Shown here one piece after another: positions 1 through 10,747 of a stretch of DNA of 64,000 nucleotides. Each line of letters starts with the position of its first letter. Positions within the stretch are counted from its first letter, which is position 1. The notes under the pieces are model-generated. The model saw nothing but the letters and a program-made list of their open reading frames with translations, searched no databases and was not told where the DNA came from. This DNA is from an uncultured candidate division Zixibacteria bacterium (GTDB lineage Bacteria > Zixibacteria > MSB-5A5 > GN15 > FEB-12). Both the position numbers and the translations under genes were made by a program. The stretch covers positions 981,469 to 1,045,468 of the forward strand of contig CAVPPI010000004.1 of NCBI GenBank assembly GCA_963707365.1, in the 5' to 3' direction.

Positions 1-348
1 ATCAAGTCCATATCCGCTCTTCGCGCCAACGGCGTGGAGTTTCTACAAATTCCGGACACCTACTACGATATGCTGGCCAAACGGAAAGACCTGAAGATCA
101 CCGAGGATCTGGCGGATTTGAAAAAGCACGGTATCCTGTGCGACGTCGAAGGAACCGGCTACCTGCTGCAGCTGTTTACCAAACCCGTCGGCGACCGACC
201 GACCTTCTTTTTTGAGTTTATCCAGCGCGAAGGCGCTCAGGGATTCGGCAAGGGGAATTTCCAATCGCTGTTTGAGTCAATTGAACTCGACCAGAAACTG
301 CGCGGAAACCTGGATAAAGAACCGTCGGAGTCAATGCCGCCGTGCTAA
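1..348 (+). CDS. hppD: 4-hydroxyphenylpyruvate dioxygenase, C-terminal part (5' end lies outside the window)
   Basis: The frame is open from the window edge. The translated tail [52 protein letters not shown] matches the conserved C-terminal region of HPPD. It is followed directly by a homogentisate dioxygenase gene. Confidence 0.8.
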   Translation: MKSISALRANGVEFLQIPDTYYDMLAKRKDLKITEDLADLKKHGILCDVEGTGYLLQLFTKPVGDRPTFFFEFIQREGAQGFGKGNFQSLFESIELDQKLRGNLDKEPSESMPPC

Positions 349-393
349 AGTAGCACCTATAAACAACCGCAAGATAATAAAAAGGATTATCAT

Positions 394-1563
394 ATGCCGT
401 TTTATCACAGGTTAGGGGAAATCCCACGGGTGAAACATACCACCTTCTTCAAAAAGGATGGCAAATCACTGTACAGGGAGGAGCTATTTTCAAGCAAAGG
501 CTTCTCCGGCATCTACTCGAACAAGTATCACCATCATCTGCCCTCGGCGGTCAAGAGCGTAAAAGAACTTCCCCGGCACAAGAATATTGAATGGCCGGAG
601 GCACCGGTGCTGTATTTTCACTTCTTCACCGATAAGAAGGATTCCTCCGGTTCGTTTATCACGAGTCGCCACGCTTTTTTGACGAATCCCCACTGCACCA
701 TCTCAACTGCCCGTGTAACAGAGGACACGGACCACTTTTACCGAAACGCCTACGGAGCCGAATACGTTTTCATACACCGTGGTTCAGGAATCATGCTCAG
801 CGAATTCGGAAAAATAGCCTTTGGGCCGGGAGACCAATTTATCATTCCGCGGGCAGTGACGCACCAATTCAAGTTCGATGACTACAAAGATAACAAGCTG
901 TTTATCGTCGAGTCAGACACCGCTTTCGAAATCCCTAAGCATTATAAGAATGAATACGGTCAGCTCGAAGAACATGCTCCCTTCTGCGAGCGGGACATAA
1001 AGATACCTCAGTACATGCCCCCTAAGGACGAAACCGGCGAGTTCACGGTCATCCTGAAAGCAAAGGACCGGTATTTTGAACATATCGTACCGCATCACCC
1101 GTTCGGCGTGGTCGGCTGGGACGGATATCTCTACCCGTTTGCTCTGAATATCAAAGATTACCACCCGAAAGTCGGCCGAATACACCTGCCACCACCGGCC
1201 CATCTTGTCTTCAAGACCCAGCATTTCATCATGTGTAATTTCGTCCCGCGCCTTTTCGATTTTCACGAGTCAGCCATCCCGGCGCCATATTTCCACTCCA
1301 ATATCGACAGCGACGAAGTACTCTATTACGTAGAAGGGGATTTCATGTCACGCAAAGGCATCAGGGAAGGGTCAATTACCCTCCATCCGGGCGGGATGCC
1401 TCACGGTCCCCAGCCGGGCAAAACCGAAGACTCTATTGGCGCAAGGGAAACCAGCGAATACGCCATCATGATTGATACCTATTCTCCCCTGCGGCCCACG
1501 CTCAACGTCAAAGAGACGATCGATGAAGACTATGCCCGCTCATGGCTGGAGAATAATTCTTGA
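394..1563 (+). CDS. hmgA: homogentisate 1,2-dioxygenase (short ~390-aa form)
   Basis: The 389-aa ORF has a cupin-like core and a C-terminal ITLHPGGMPHGPQPG stretch typical of HGD. It sits between HPPD and a FAH-family hydrolase, which is the classical homogentisate pathway order. Confidence 0.85.
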   Translation: MPFYHRLGEIPRVKHTTFFKKDGKSLYREELFSSKGFSGIYSNKYHHHLPSAVKSVKELPRHKNIEWPEAPVLYFHFFTDKKDSSGSFITSRHAFLTNPHCTISTARVTEDTDHFYRNAYGAEYVFIHRGSGIMLSEFGKIAFGPGDQFIIPRAVTHQFKFDDYKDNKLFIVESDTAFEIPKHYKNEYGQLEEHAPFCERDIKIPQYMPPKDETGEFTVILKAKDRYFEHIVPHHPFGVVGWDGYLYPFALNIKDYHPKVGRIHLPPPAHLVFKTQHFIMCNFVPRLFDFHESAIPAPYFHSNIDSDEVLYYVEGDFMSRKGIREGSITLHPGGMPHGPQPGKTEDSIGARETSEYAIMIDTYSPLRPTLNVKETIDEDYARSWLENNS

Positions 1564-1644
1564 TGACGACACTTGACGAACGGGGTCGGTTTTCGTTGCT
1601 TTTGACCGGAGAATGAATTGACAAAACACCGGGGAAAACAGAAC

Positions 1645-2823
1645 ATGATTAAGATTCCGAAGTTCGTACAGGAACTCAAGCCGTATAAAGCCGGCAAACC
1701 AATAGCAGAATTGGCCAGAGAGAAAAACATAAAGCGAATCGTAAAGCTGGCCTCCAACGAAAACCCGCTGGGACCATCGCCAAAAGCTGTCGAGGCGGTC
1801 AAAGGCGCGCTGGGAGAACTCCATCGTTATACCGACCCAAAGTCGCACGATCTGGTCATGGCTCTTGCGAAAAAATATGATGTCCAGCCACAGCACATCA
1901 TCTGCGGCCACGGAACAGACTCCCTCATTGCCTATGTAATCAATGCCTTCACGGAAGAACAGGACGAGATACTCACCAGCGAAGGAACTTTCATAGGTAT
2001 TTATGTCAATGCCCGAAAATTCGGACGTACACTCAGGCAGGTACCCCTGAAAGACCACGGCTTTGACCTCGATGCTATCTTACGGGCAATCTCGCCGCAG
2101 ACCCGAATAATATATCTGGCCAATCCGAACAACCCTACCGGAACGATGTTCGGCAAAACTGAATTCGAAGCATTCATGGCGAAAGTACCCGATGATATAC
2201 TGGTCATACTGGACGAAGCTTACACTACGTATGCCTGCTCGAATCCGGATTACCCCAATGGTGTCACCTACTGGTACGAAAACATGGTTGTGATGCGTAC
2301 TTTGTCAAAGGCCTACGGTCTCGGTGGACTGCGGGTCGGCTTCGCGGTCGGGCCAAAGACAGTCATCGACACCCTCTACAAAGTAAAATTACCCTTCGAG
2401 CCTAATATTCTCGCCCAGAAAGCCGCAATTGCGGCGCTGGATGATGACGAATTTCTCAATCTCACCGTTGACACAAATCGCCGCTCACTGGCAACCATGA
2501 AGGCAAAATTCGACCAACTTGGTATCGGTCAGGTTGAAACTGCAGCCAATTTTATTTTGATGCTGATGCCCGATGAACAATTTGCGGCGGATTTTGCCGA
2601 TGAATGCCTCAATCACGGCTTGATCGTCAGACACGTACTCGGTTTTGGCATACCCAACGGCATCCGCATTAATTCCGGCACCGAAGACGAGACAGCTTTT
2701 GCGCTGGAAACTGTTGAAAAAGTATACTCAAAACTCACTCAGGAAAGAGCGAACAAGGAATCGGTTAATTCGAAAAAAGGGGACAACAATGAAATTCCTA
2801 TCGTACAGAAACAAAAACGGTGA
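1645..2823 (+). CDS. class I/II pyridoxal-phosphate aminotransferase, HisC family (probable aromatic/tyrosine aminotransferase in this context)
   Basis: It carries LASNENPLGPSP and the PLP-lysine region RTLSKAYGLGGLRVGF, both hallmarks of histidinol-phosphate/aromatic aminotransferases. I chose the ATG at 1645 (MIKIPKF...) over the ORF-track start at 1618. Confidence 0.8.
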   Translation: MIKIPKFVQELKPYKAGKPIAELAREKNIKRIVKLASNENPLGPSPKAVEAVKGALGELHRYTDPKSHDLVMALAKKYDVQPQHIICGHGTDSLIAYVINAFTEEQDEILTSEGTFIGIYVNARKFGRTLRQVPLKDHGFDLDAILRAISPQTRIIYLANPNNPTGTMFGKTEFEAFMAKVPDDILVILDEAYTTYACSNPDYPNGVTYWYENMVVMRTLSKAYGLGGLRVGFAVGPKTVIDTLYKVKLPFEPNILAQKAAIAALDDDEFLNLTVDTNRRSLATMKAKFDQLGIGQVETAANFILMLMPDEQFAADFADECLNHGLIVRHVLGFGIPNGIRINSGTEDETAFALETVEKVYSKLTQERANKESVNSKKGDNNEIPIVQKQKR

Positions 2824-3811
2824 AGAACGGCTGGGCCTGTTTATCGACAAACGCATCTTCGACCTGCATGATAACGCCAGAAACCTTTCAATTGCCCTTC
2901 CGACTACAATGGGACAATTCCTCCGCGGCGAAGAACTCTCAATGGACCTGGCGCGCAAAACGCAGGAAAGCATCTTAGCAGGCCGCACAACATCGTCGCT
3001 ATCGACCGAAGATATCACGCCTTTAGCCCCTGTACCTCATCCGACCTCCTGCCGCGATGGATACGCATTCCGACAACATGTAGCCACTGCCAGACGCAAC
3101 CGCGGCGTTGAGATGATTGCCGAGTTCGACCAGTACCCGGTCTTCTACTTCACCAACCATAACAGCATCATTGGCCAAGGCGATGTAAAAGTTGAATCCG
3201 ACCACCTTCAGAAACTCGATTTTGAACTCGAAGCGGCGGTCGTTATCGGCCGGCGGGGGAAGAATATCCCGTCTTCAGAAGCCGACGATTACATAGCCGG
3301 CTACACTATCATGAACGATCTCTCGGCCAGAGTGCTTCAGATGGAAGAAATGAAACTCAACCTCGGTCCGGCCAAAGGCAAAGACTTCGCTACCGCCATT
3401 GGCCCCTGGATGGTCACTCCCGATGAATTGGAACCGAACCGCATTGCCACCGACTTCGGCAACAAACACAATCTCCGCATGACAGCCTACCACAACGGCA
3501 ATCTCGTGTCCGATGGTAACCTGGCCGATATGAACTGGACTTTCGCGGAAATAATCGAGCGCTGCAGCTACGGTGCGGAAATATTTCCCGGTGATGTTAT
3601 CGGGTCCGGCACTGTCGGAACCGGCTGCTACCTCGAGCTAAACGGTACGCGCTCTCTGGAGGCTAAGGAAAAAGGTGAGTCGTACACGCCGGTCTGGCTC
3701 GCCGATGGTGACTCCATTGAGCTCGAGATTGAGGGACTGGGACGACTCAAAAACAAGATAGTCAAAGCCAAAAAATACTTTTCAATCCTGGCCAGGAAAA
3801 AGCGGGTGTAG
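2789..3811 (+). CDS. fumarylacetoacetate hydrolase (FAH) family protein
   Basis: The ATG at 2789 (MKFLSYRNKNGEERLGLF) is preceded by aaaaagggga and overlaps the aminotransferase stop. FAH-fold motifs are present: FELEAAVVIG, GYTIMNDLSAR and PGDVIGSGTVGTG. Confidence 0.75.
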   Translation: MKFLSYRNKNGEERLGLFIDKRIFDLHDNARNLSIALPTTMGQFLRGEELSMDLARKTQESILAGRTTSSLSTEDITPLAPVPHPTSCRDGYAFRQHVATARRNRGVEMIAEFDQYPVFYFTNHNSIIGQGDVKVESDHLQKLDFELEAAVVIGRRGKNIPSSEADDYIAGYTIMNDLSARVLQMEEMKLNLGPAKGKDFATAIGPWMVTPDELEPNRIATDFGNKHNLRMTAYHNGNLVSDGNLADMNWTFAEIIERCSYGAEIFPGDVIGSGTVGTGCYLELNGTRSLEAKEKGESYTPVWLADGDSIELEIEGLGRLKNKIVKAKKYFSILARKKRV

Positions 3812-3840
3812 GTTATGGAGAATTCCGACCACCATCGGAT

Positions 3841-4803
3841 ATGCTTCGCTTCGACCCGGGGGAAACTCCCGTTCGCCAGATACATCACCTATTACTGGGT
3901 GGTGTTGCCCCGCGGCCGATAGCTCTGGTTTCTACGGTCTCAGTAGATGGCATCAACAACCTCTCCCCCTTCTCCTTCTTCAACGCCTTCGGAGCAAATC
4001 CACCGATTGTTGCCTTCTCTCCATCCCGACGAGGGCGCGATGCTACCACCAAGGACACTTACAACAACCTGATCGAAACTAAAGAGTGTGTCGTTCAGGC
4101 TGTCACTCACGCTATGGTGAGGCAGGTAAGCCTGGCATCGACCGAATTCGCTCCCGACGTTGACGAGTTCATCAAATGCGGTTTGACACCCATTCCATCA
4201 GAGATTGTCAGGGCGCCAAGAGTAAAAGAATCGCCATTTCAGATGGAGTGTCGCGTTCGACAGGTCATACCGCTGGGCGAGGCAGGCGCATCTGGCAATC
4301 TCGTGATCTGCGAAGTCGTCAGATTTCACGTTTCTAAGAGTGTCCTTCGCGATGACGTCATTGACCCGGATGCTATCGATCTGGTCGGTCGCAACAGTGC
4401 CGATTATTACACTCGCGCCAGCGGAGAGGCCTTATTCGAAATCCCAAAACCATCGGGGAAAACCGCAGTCGGATTTGAACAACTGCCCGGAGTTCTCAAA
4501 CAGTCGCAACTACTATCAGCCAACAACCTTGCGCAGTTAGCGAGTTGTGAGGAGATACCTTCTGTCAAAGAAGTGATGGATTTCATCACTTCTGTCACGC
4601 CGATAAGGGCCAACGATGCTGACTTCAAGTTGCTCTCGCTTGAGAAGGATTTTGACGGCATGCTTGCGGCGGCGCTTGCGATTGCAGAAACCGACACCGG
4701 GCGCGCGAAAAAACGCCTGGAACAGACTATCAAAATGGCGCTGGATAGTAACGAAACATTGTTCGCCTGGAAATCGGCGATTTTCCTGAGTACACTGAAG
4801 TAA
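3841..4803 (+). CDS. flavin reductase-like FMN-binding domain protein with a ~110-aa C-terminal extension
   Basis: The N-terminal HHLLLGGVAPRPIALVSTVSVDGINNLSPFSFFNAFGANPPIVAFS is the typical flavin-reductase-like domain signature. I do not recognise the C-terminal third. Confidence 0.65.
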   Translation: MLRFDPGETPVRQIHHLLLGGVAPRPIALVSTVSVDGINNLSPFSFFNAFGANPPIVAFSPSRRGRDATTKDTYNNLIETKECVVQAVTHAMVRQVSLASTEFAPDVDEFIKCGLTPIPSEIVRAPRVKESPFQMECRVRQVIPLGEAGASGNLVICEVVRFHVSKSVLRDDVIDPDAIDLVGRNSADYYTRASGEALFEIPKPSGKTAVGFEQLPGVLKQSQLLSANNLAQLASCEEIPSVKEVMDFITSVTPIRANDADFKLLSLEKDFDGMLAAALAIAETDTGRAKKRLEQTIKMALDSNETLFAWKSAIFLSTLK

Positions 4804-4843
4804 CACCCCGCACACACTTCGTTGATTAGAAGGGAGCCTGAGC

Positions 4844-6811
4844 TTGTCCAAAAGACAACAACCGCTCTGGGAACCATCTGCCAAACGGGTGGCACATTCC
4901 AATATCGTCCGATACATGCAGTTTGCCTCCCGAAAGGCACAGCGGGAGTTTCTTTCGTACGATGAGCTTTACACCTGGTCGACTGACAACATTGCCGGGT
5001 TCTGGCAAACGCTCTGGGACTATTTTGAGATTATCCACTCCCGAAGACACGATAGCGTCCTCGATGGCAAAGACATCCGCACAGCGCGATGGTTCGAAGG
5101 CGCCCAACTCAACTTTGCCGAAAATCTCCTCCGATACCGCGACGAACACCTCGCCATCATCCATCAAACGGAATTCACCGGTCCCACCTCAATAACCTAC
5201 CGTGATTTGTACAAACAGGTCGCCCGATGTGCGTCCGGCCTGCGTGACCTCAACATTGGCCCCGGCGACCGCGTTGCGGCGTTTTTACCGAACTCGGCAT
5301 TTGCGATCATCGCCATGCTGGCTACAACAAGCCTTGGCGCCATATGGTCATCATGCTCGCCCGATTTCGGGTTTCAGGGTGTCCTCGATCGATTCGGACA
5401 GATAAAACCAAAAGTGATATTTACTACCGATGGCTACCAGTATGGCGGCAAACAGTACGACTGTCTCGCTACCGTTCGCCAACTTGCTTCCAGCGTATCG
5501 TCAATTGAGCAAATAGTCGGTATCCCCTACCTGCCGGAATCAAAACTCGAGCGATCAGACAAATTTATGCTCTGGGAAGACCTGCTGGCCAACGATTCCA
5601 AAGATATCGAATTTGCGCAACTTCCTTTTGACCATCCAGTCTATATCATGTACTCATCGGGCACCACCGGTGTGCCGAAATGCATGGTGCACGGAGCCGG
5701 CGGGACGCTGCTTCAACATCTGAAAGAGCTGTCGCTCCACACCGACCTTAAGCGAAACGATGTTATCACTTACTACACCACTTGCGGATGGATGATGTGG
5801 AACTGGCTTGTCAGCTCACTGGCCATCGGAGCTACCGTCTATCTCTACGATGGTTCCCCCGCCTACCCGGATATGAATACGCTCTATGCCGCAGTCGATG
5901 ATTGCCAAATCTCCGTTCTCGGAACCAGCCCCGGATTCCTCTCATCGTGTGAAAACGCCGGACTCAAGCCGAAAAAAACGCACAGTCTGACAAGTCTACG
6001 AACCGTACTCTCCACCGGCGCTCCTCTCTCCGATTCGAACTTCCAATACGTTTACAACAATATCAAAAGTGACCTTCAGCTATCATCCATATCCGGCGGA
6101 ACCGATATTATCTCCTGTTTCATGCTGGGCAATCCGATACTTCCGGTCTATTCAGGAGAGATCCAGTGCCGCGGTCTGGGGATGAAAGTGGAAACATATG
6201 ACGACACCGGACGGGCCGTAATCGATACTGTCGGAGAACTGGTTTGCACGGCTCCCTTTCCATCGCGTCCGGTAATGTTCTGGAACGACCCGGATGGCAA
6301 GAAATACAGCGCGGCATATTTCGAGCATTTCCCCGGCGTATGGCGTCATGGCGACTATATCCGGATCAATGATCGCGGGGGCGTTATAGTCTATGGTCGC
6401 TCCGATGCCACGCTCAATCGCGGTGGCGTCCGAATCGGAACAGCCGAAATTTATGCTCCGGTTGAGGCGATGGACGAAATCGAAGACAGCATTGTGGTCG
6501 GCCAACAGGCAGGTAGCGACATTCGCATAGTACTCTTCGTGGTACTCGCCCAAGGGCATGAACTCGACGACAACCTGAAAAACAGGATTAAAGACAGAAT
6601 CCGCAAAATGGAAACTCCCCGCCATGTACCTGATATCATCATTGCCGTGCGGGATATCCCCCGAACCTTAAACGGCAAGAAGGTCGAAATGGCGGTTACC
6701 CGCTTAATACACCACCAAAAGGTCACCAATATCGAGGCGCTCGCCAATCCCGAATCGCTGGCAGAGTTTTCCGACCTCAAGGAACTTAAACTGCCGCCCG
6801 AAGGTTTATAA
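4844..6811 (+). CDS. acetoacetyl-CoA synthetase (acetoacetate-CoA ligase), TTG start
   Basis: This is a 655-aa AMP-forming acyl-CoA synthetase with YIMYSSGTTGVPKCMVH (AMP-binding motif) and a C-terminal IPRTLNGKKVE. The N-terminal LWEPS...Y/F region and the size fit the acetoacetyl-CoA synthetase subfamily. It would consume the acetoacetate released by FAH. Confidence 0.8.
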   Translation: MSKRQQPLWEPSAKRVAHSNIVRYMQFASRKAQREFLSYDELYTWSTDNIAGFWQTLWDYFEIIHSRRHDSVLDGKDIRTARWFEGAQLNFAENLLRYRDEHLAIIHQTEFTGPTSITYRDLYKQVARCASGLRDLNIGPGDRVAAFLPNSAFAIIAMLATTSLGAIWSSCSPDFGFQGVLDRFGQIKPKVIFTTDGYQYGGKQYDCLATVRQLASSVSSIEQIVGIPYLPESKLERSDKFMLWEDLLANDSKDIEFAQLPFDHPVYIMYSSGTTGVPKCMVHGAGGTLLQHLKELSLHTDLKRNDVITYYTTCGWMMWNWLVSSLAIGATVYLYDGSPAYPDMNTLYAAVDDCQISVLGTSPGFLSSCENAGLKPKKTHSLTSLRTVLSTGAPLSDSNFQYVYNNIKSDLQLSSISGGTDIISCFMLGNPILPVYSGEIQCRGLGMKVETYDDTGRAVIDTVGELVCTAPFPSRPVMFWNDPDGKKYSAAYFEHFPGVWRHGDYIRINDRGGVIVYGRSDATLNRGGVRIGTAEIYAPVEAMDEIEDSIVVGQQAGSDIRIVLFVVLAQGHELDDNLKNRIKDRIRKMETPRHVPDIIIAVRDIPRTLNGKKVEMAVTRLIHHQKVTNIEALANPESLAEFSDLKELKLPPEGL

Positions 6812-6943
6812 CAGTACCATCCAAAAATGATGACAATAAAAACGTATTACCTGTGAGTTGTGGCCGCATATGGAGTATATCGGTACATATAACCCACAAC
6901 CGCCAAATCAAGAATTGAAATTACACCGCCATGGAGGTAGACA

Positions 6944-8788
6944 ATGAATAGCCCCGATACCGCCCGCCACTTCAGCGGGGCAATAAGCGAGGTCCGGAGC
7001 CGGGCCACCGTGTCAAAGGCACACCGGGACTTGATGGAAAACCCCATAATCCGCAATCTTCCCGCTCATCTGAAACAGTTCGTCGTGGACCAGAACTACG
7101 CTGCTTACACTCCCGTTGATCACGCTGTCTGGCGGTACGTCCTGCGGCAAAACCACCGCTTTCTCAAGGAATATGCTCATAAGATATATTTCGAAGGTCT
7201 GGAGAAAACGGGCCTCAAGATTGAAGCCATTCCCAGCATTGCCGAAATGAACAAAATCCTGTCCAAAATCGGCTGGGCCGCTGTCACCGTAAATGGCTTC
7301 ATCCCTCCGGCCGCCTTTATGGAATTTCAGGCCCACCGCGTGCTGGTTATTGCCGCCGACATGCGCCAGATTCATCATATTGAATACACGCCAAGCCCGG
7401 ATATAGTGCACGAAGCCGCCGGCCACGCACCCGTAATCGCCGACCCCAAGTACGCCGAGTACCTGCGCCGCTTTGGCGAAATCGGTACCAGGGCTATCTC
7501 CTCCAAAAAGGACTACGAGCTTTATGAAGCTATACGGAGATTGTCGATTCTTAAAGAACAACCGGACGCCGACCCGACCGTCGTCAAGCAAGCGGAGCAG
7601 GATGTTCTATACAAGCAAAGCAATCTTGGCAAACCTTCTGAAATGGCCCTCCTGAGCCGCCTTCACTGGTGGACAGTCGAGTTCGGACTGATTGGACCGC
7701 TGGATAACCCCAAAATTTATGGCGCGGGACTTCTCTCCTCCATTGGCGAGGCCGCACACTGTTTTTCCGACGAAGTAAAGAAACTGCCGTACGGTCCCGA
7801 TGCGGTCAGTTACCCCTTTGATATCACAACCATGCAACCACACCTGTTCGTCACGCCGAGTTTCGATTATCTCATCGAAGTCCTCGAACAATTCGCCGAC
7901 ACCATGGCGTTTCGGGTTGGCGGCCTCAATAGCATCGAGAAAGCCATTGAATGTGAAAATACTGCTACTTGCGTTTTCGCATCCGGTCTGCAGGTATCCG
8001 GGACATTCACGGAAGTAATCACCGACAATCACAGTAGGCCGGCATACGTAAAAACTTCCGGGCCAACCAATCTATCCTTCAATTACCACGAATTGCCCGG
8101 TCACACCAGAGACTACCACAGCCACGGTTTCTCCTCACCGGTTGGACGACTGCAGACAGCAGAGAAACCTCTTGAAGATTTCACTGATACCGACATGGAG
8201 AAGTTCGGCCTCGTAAACGGTAACAAAATCAGGCTGGAATTCGAAAGCGGCGTTGTCGTCGACGGAGTCCTGTCCCAGGTTGTCCGCCGCAATGACCGGA
8301 TAATCTTGCTTGTGTTTGTAGAATGTACTGTGACTCACGGCGACACTGTGCTGTTCCAACCATCGTGGGGCATTTACGATATGGCCGTTGGTGAAAATAT
8401 CGTGTCTGTCTTTGCCGGAGCCGCTGACAAAGTTGCCTACGAACAACCATCAACTGTCTCGAAGACACGTACCATCAGAACCAACTATGATGAAAGAATG
8501 CGAAAGCTGCACCGGTTGTATCAGACTGTGCGTGATGTCCGGGAAAATCGGATCGAGGCAGCCGTACTTCATGACATTAGGGACAAACTTCAGACTGAAT
8601 ATCCTGAAGACTGGTTGCTCTCCATCGAAATCCTTGAAATACTCGAAACGCACGACATCTTTCCGACTCTGAGAGATGAAATGAAAGAGGCATTGGATAG
8701 GCGGGTCGAAAGCGACCGGATCCGTTCAGGACTTATAAGCGACGGGCTCTATTTGATTTATAACCGCCAGGAGAGTAAGCAAAAATAG
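6944..8788 (+). CDS. phhA: aromatic amino acid hydroxylase (phenylalanine-4-hydroxylase type) with a long C-terminal extension
   Basis: A GGAGGT sits 6 nt before the ATG. Residues ~40-330 carry the biopterin-dependent hydroxylase core (PDIVHEAAGHAPVIADPKYAEYLRRFGEIG, WWTVEFGLIG, YGAGLLSSIGE). Residues ~330-614 are an extra domain I do not recognise. Confidence 0.75.
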   Translation: MNSPDTARHFSGAISEVRSRATVSKAHRDLMENPIIRNLPAHLKQFVVDQNYAAYTPVDHAVWRYVLRQNHRFLKEYAHKIYFEGLEKTGLKIEAIPSIAEMNKILSKIGWAAVTVNGFIPPAAFMEFQAHRVLVIAADMRQIHHIEYTPSPDIVHEAAGHAPVIADPKYAEYLRRFGEIGTRAISSKKDYELYEAIRRLSILKEQPDADPTVVKQAEQDVLYKQSNLGKPSEMALLSRLHWWTVEFGLIGPLDNPKIYGAGLLSSIGEAAHCFSDEVKKLPYGPDAVSYPFDITTMQPHLFVTPSFDYLIEVLEQFADTMAFRVGGLNSIEKAIECENTATCVFASGLQVSGTFTEVITDNHSRPAYVKTSGPTNLSFNYHELPGHTRDYHSHGFSSPVGRLQTAEKPLEDFTDTDMEKFGLVNGNKIRLEFESGVVVDGVLSQVVRRNDRIILLVFVECTVTHGDTVLFQPSWGIYDMAVGENIVSVFAGAADKVAYEQPSTVSKTRTIRTNYDERMRKLHRLYQTVRDVRENRIEAAVLHDIRDKLQTEYPEDWLLSIEILEILETHDIFPTLRDEMKEALDRRVESDRIRSGLISDGLYLIYNRQESKQK

Positions 8789-8808
8789 CTGGCGCTGGTG
8801 TGATAACG

Positions 8809-9501
8809 CTACAACGTCCCGGTGATATCGCCCACCGTGATATTCTCCACCAGCACCTTTGATGGCCGGCTGATGGCATAATATACCGCCTCGGCTACTT
8901 CTTTCGGATGAAGCATTTTGTCCTTCGACCAGTCTCCGGGGATGTCCTTCCAAAGTTCCGTGGCCGTTGCGCTCGGATAGATATTGATGACCCTGATACC
9001 TCTGGGCCGCAGCTCCTCCCGGATACTCTGCATCAAGCCTTCCAACGCGAATTTGCTCATAGAATAGCTGCTCCAGTTGGGGAACCCCGTACGCGCTGCT
9101 ATAGACATTATATTGACGATGGCAGCTCCTTCAACCATCACAGGAAACAACTTCTTAACCAACACAAACGGCGCCGTCACATTTACGGCAATGGTTCTCT
9201 CCCACTCCTCATGTGTCGTATTTTCAAACGGCTTCACATAAGCGACTCCGGCATTGTTCACCAGCAAATGCAGCGGCACAGCGCTCACATTGTTTACCAG
9301 CGTATCCACACCACGCAGCTCCGACAAATCGGCAACGACCGGAGACGCTTTCCCGCCATTGCCCTCAACGATTTTACAGCTTTCCGCAAGGGCATCGACA
9401 TTCCTCCCCTGCAGCATCAGATGGTAGCTCTCGCCGGCGAGCCTGGCGGCGATTTCTCTGCCTATGCCCCGGCTGGCGCCGGTAATGAGTCCGTTCTTCA
9501 T
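8809..9501 (-). CDS. short-chain dehydrogenase/reductase (candidate sepiapterin/pteridine reductase)
   Basis: It has the N-terminal Rossmann motif ITGASRGIGREIA, an NNAG motif and a catalytic Y..xK region (YSMSKFALEG). It is the last gene of the folE-PTPS-SDR operon. Confidence 0.8.
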   Translation of the reverse strand: MKNGLITGASRGIGREIAARLAGESYHLMLQGRNVDALAESCKIVEGNGGKASPVVADLSELRGVDTLVNNVSAVPLHLLVNNAGVAYVKPFENTTHEEWERTIAVNVTAPFVLVKKLFPVMVEGAAIVNIMSIAARTGFPNWSSYSMSKFALEGLMQSIREELRPRGIRVINIYPSATATELWKDIPGDWSKDKMLHPKEVAEAVYYAISRPSKVLVENITVGDITGTL

Positions 9502-9526
9502 AGCCTGTCTCCTAACGATTGTCCCC

Positions 9527-10747
9527 TCATAACGCCCGTCTCAGGGTAAAACGGTTGTTCGGCGTTTCCCAAAGGCGTAAACGGGTAAGTTTGCCATCAA
9601 CCTGTCCATCCAGCTTGGGCCACAACACCCCGACTATATTTTCGCCGGTGGTGACCATGCCCTTGAATTCATCCGTGTCCATATCGAGATGTTTGTAGTT
9701 CCATTCGTCAACAGTATCAAAGACCGCTTGCTCGAGATCGGCCAACTTAAACATGGTGCCTGTCTTCTCGTCAAGTCTGCCCCCGATACTGGCCTCAACC
9801 TCATAAAGATGCCCGTGACCGTACGGATTATTGCACTTGCCGTAAACTGATTTGTTCTCTTCATCCGAAAGTTCACAGGAATGCAGCCGATGGGCGGCAT
9901 GAAACCGGGTCAGAACACCCATAGTCCAGATATCCGCACTTGAGAACTCCACAAAGAAATGGTCATGCTCGTACAGCTTCACTCTGCTGACAGGTATCTG
10001 CTCACCGAGACGCTTCTGAAAGTGACGCGCAAGAACCTCTGTTGTCACCGGTGAACCGCTCAACTCCGGTAAATCGACATTCAAATTACGGTGGTCAAAC
10101 CGGGCCCGCAATTCATCGATAATGCGTCTCCCCTCCGCCTCAGGATATATCATGCCGGCATCTTTATCGGGCTCGCCGCACAGCGTGACTCTGAGGCGAT
10201 AGTGATGGCCGTGGCCGAAGGGCGATGATGCCTGACCAAAAAGTTCCTCGTTCTCGACCTGGGATGCATGCGGTGAATAAGTCTGCCTCGCGGCCGAAAA
10301 ATCGGTCCACAGATGGCGCTCGACTCTTCCGTCGGCATAGGCCGTAGCCTCACTGTATGGCGACTCGATCAGATGGCACACAACCGGCTGCGCCGTCATA
10401 TCTTTGAACAGCGGTATAGCTTCCGCCAACAGGTTTGCCGCCAGGTTCTCAGCCGTCGGTACGATTTTATCAAACGGCGGCGTATCGGTATTGAAATATT
10501 TGTGATCGTATCTATTGTCAATAATCTGCTTAATTTTCTCTTTAATGATAGTCACGTTGATCATCATACCATTGGCTCGGTCAACCGGACCATCGAACAC
10601 GAAATGAGCGACAAAGTTGTGGCCGTGTCCGAACCGGCTCGTCGCCTCACGGCCGAAGTATGCAATATTCTTAGCCTCGCTCCAGTCCTTTACGAATAGA
10701 CGGTGCGAACTCGAAAACTCGAAACGTTTACTTATCAAAAGAGACAT
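9527..10747 (-). CDS. three-module 6-pyruvoyl-tetrahydropterin synthase (PTPS/QueD T-fold) fusion protein
   Basis: The 406-aa ORF holds three consecutive PTPS-type modules (about residues 1-140, 145-275 and 280-406). Each has a GHGH zinc-ligand signature ([27 protein letters not shown]) and a DH[KR]xxN / YKHLD motif. Only module 3 has the active-site Cys ([11 protein letters not shown]). Confidence 0.8.
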   Translation of the reverse strand: MSLLISKRFEFSSSHRLFVKDWSEAKNIAYFGREATSRFGHGHNFVAHFVFDGPVDRANGMMINVTIIKEKIKQIIDNRYDHKYFNTDTPPFDKIVPTAENLAANLLAEAIPLFKDMTAQPVVCHLIESPYSEATAYADGRVERHLWTDFSAARQTYSPHASQVENEELFGQASSPFGHGHHYRLRVTLCGEPDKDAGMIYPEAEGRRIIDELRARFDHRNLNVDLPELSGSPVTTEVLARHFQKRLGEQIPVSRVKLYEHDHFFVEFSSADIWTMGVLTRFHAAHRLHSCELSDEENKSVYGKCNNPYGHGHLYEVEASIGGRLDEKTGTMFKLADLEQAVFDTVDEWNYKHLDMDTDEFKGMVTTGENIVGVLWPKLDGQVDGKLTRLRLWETPNNRFTLRRAL

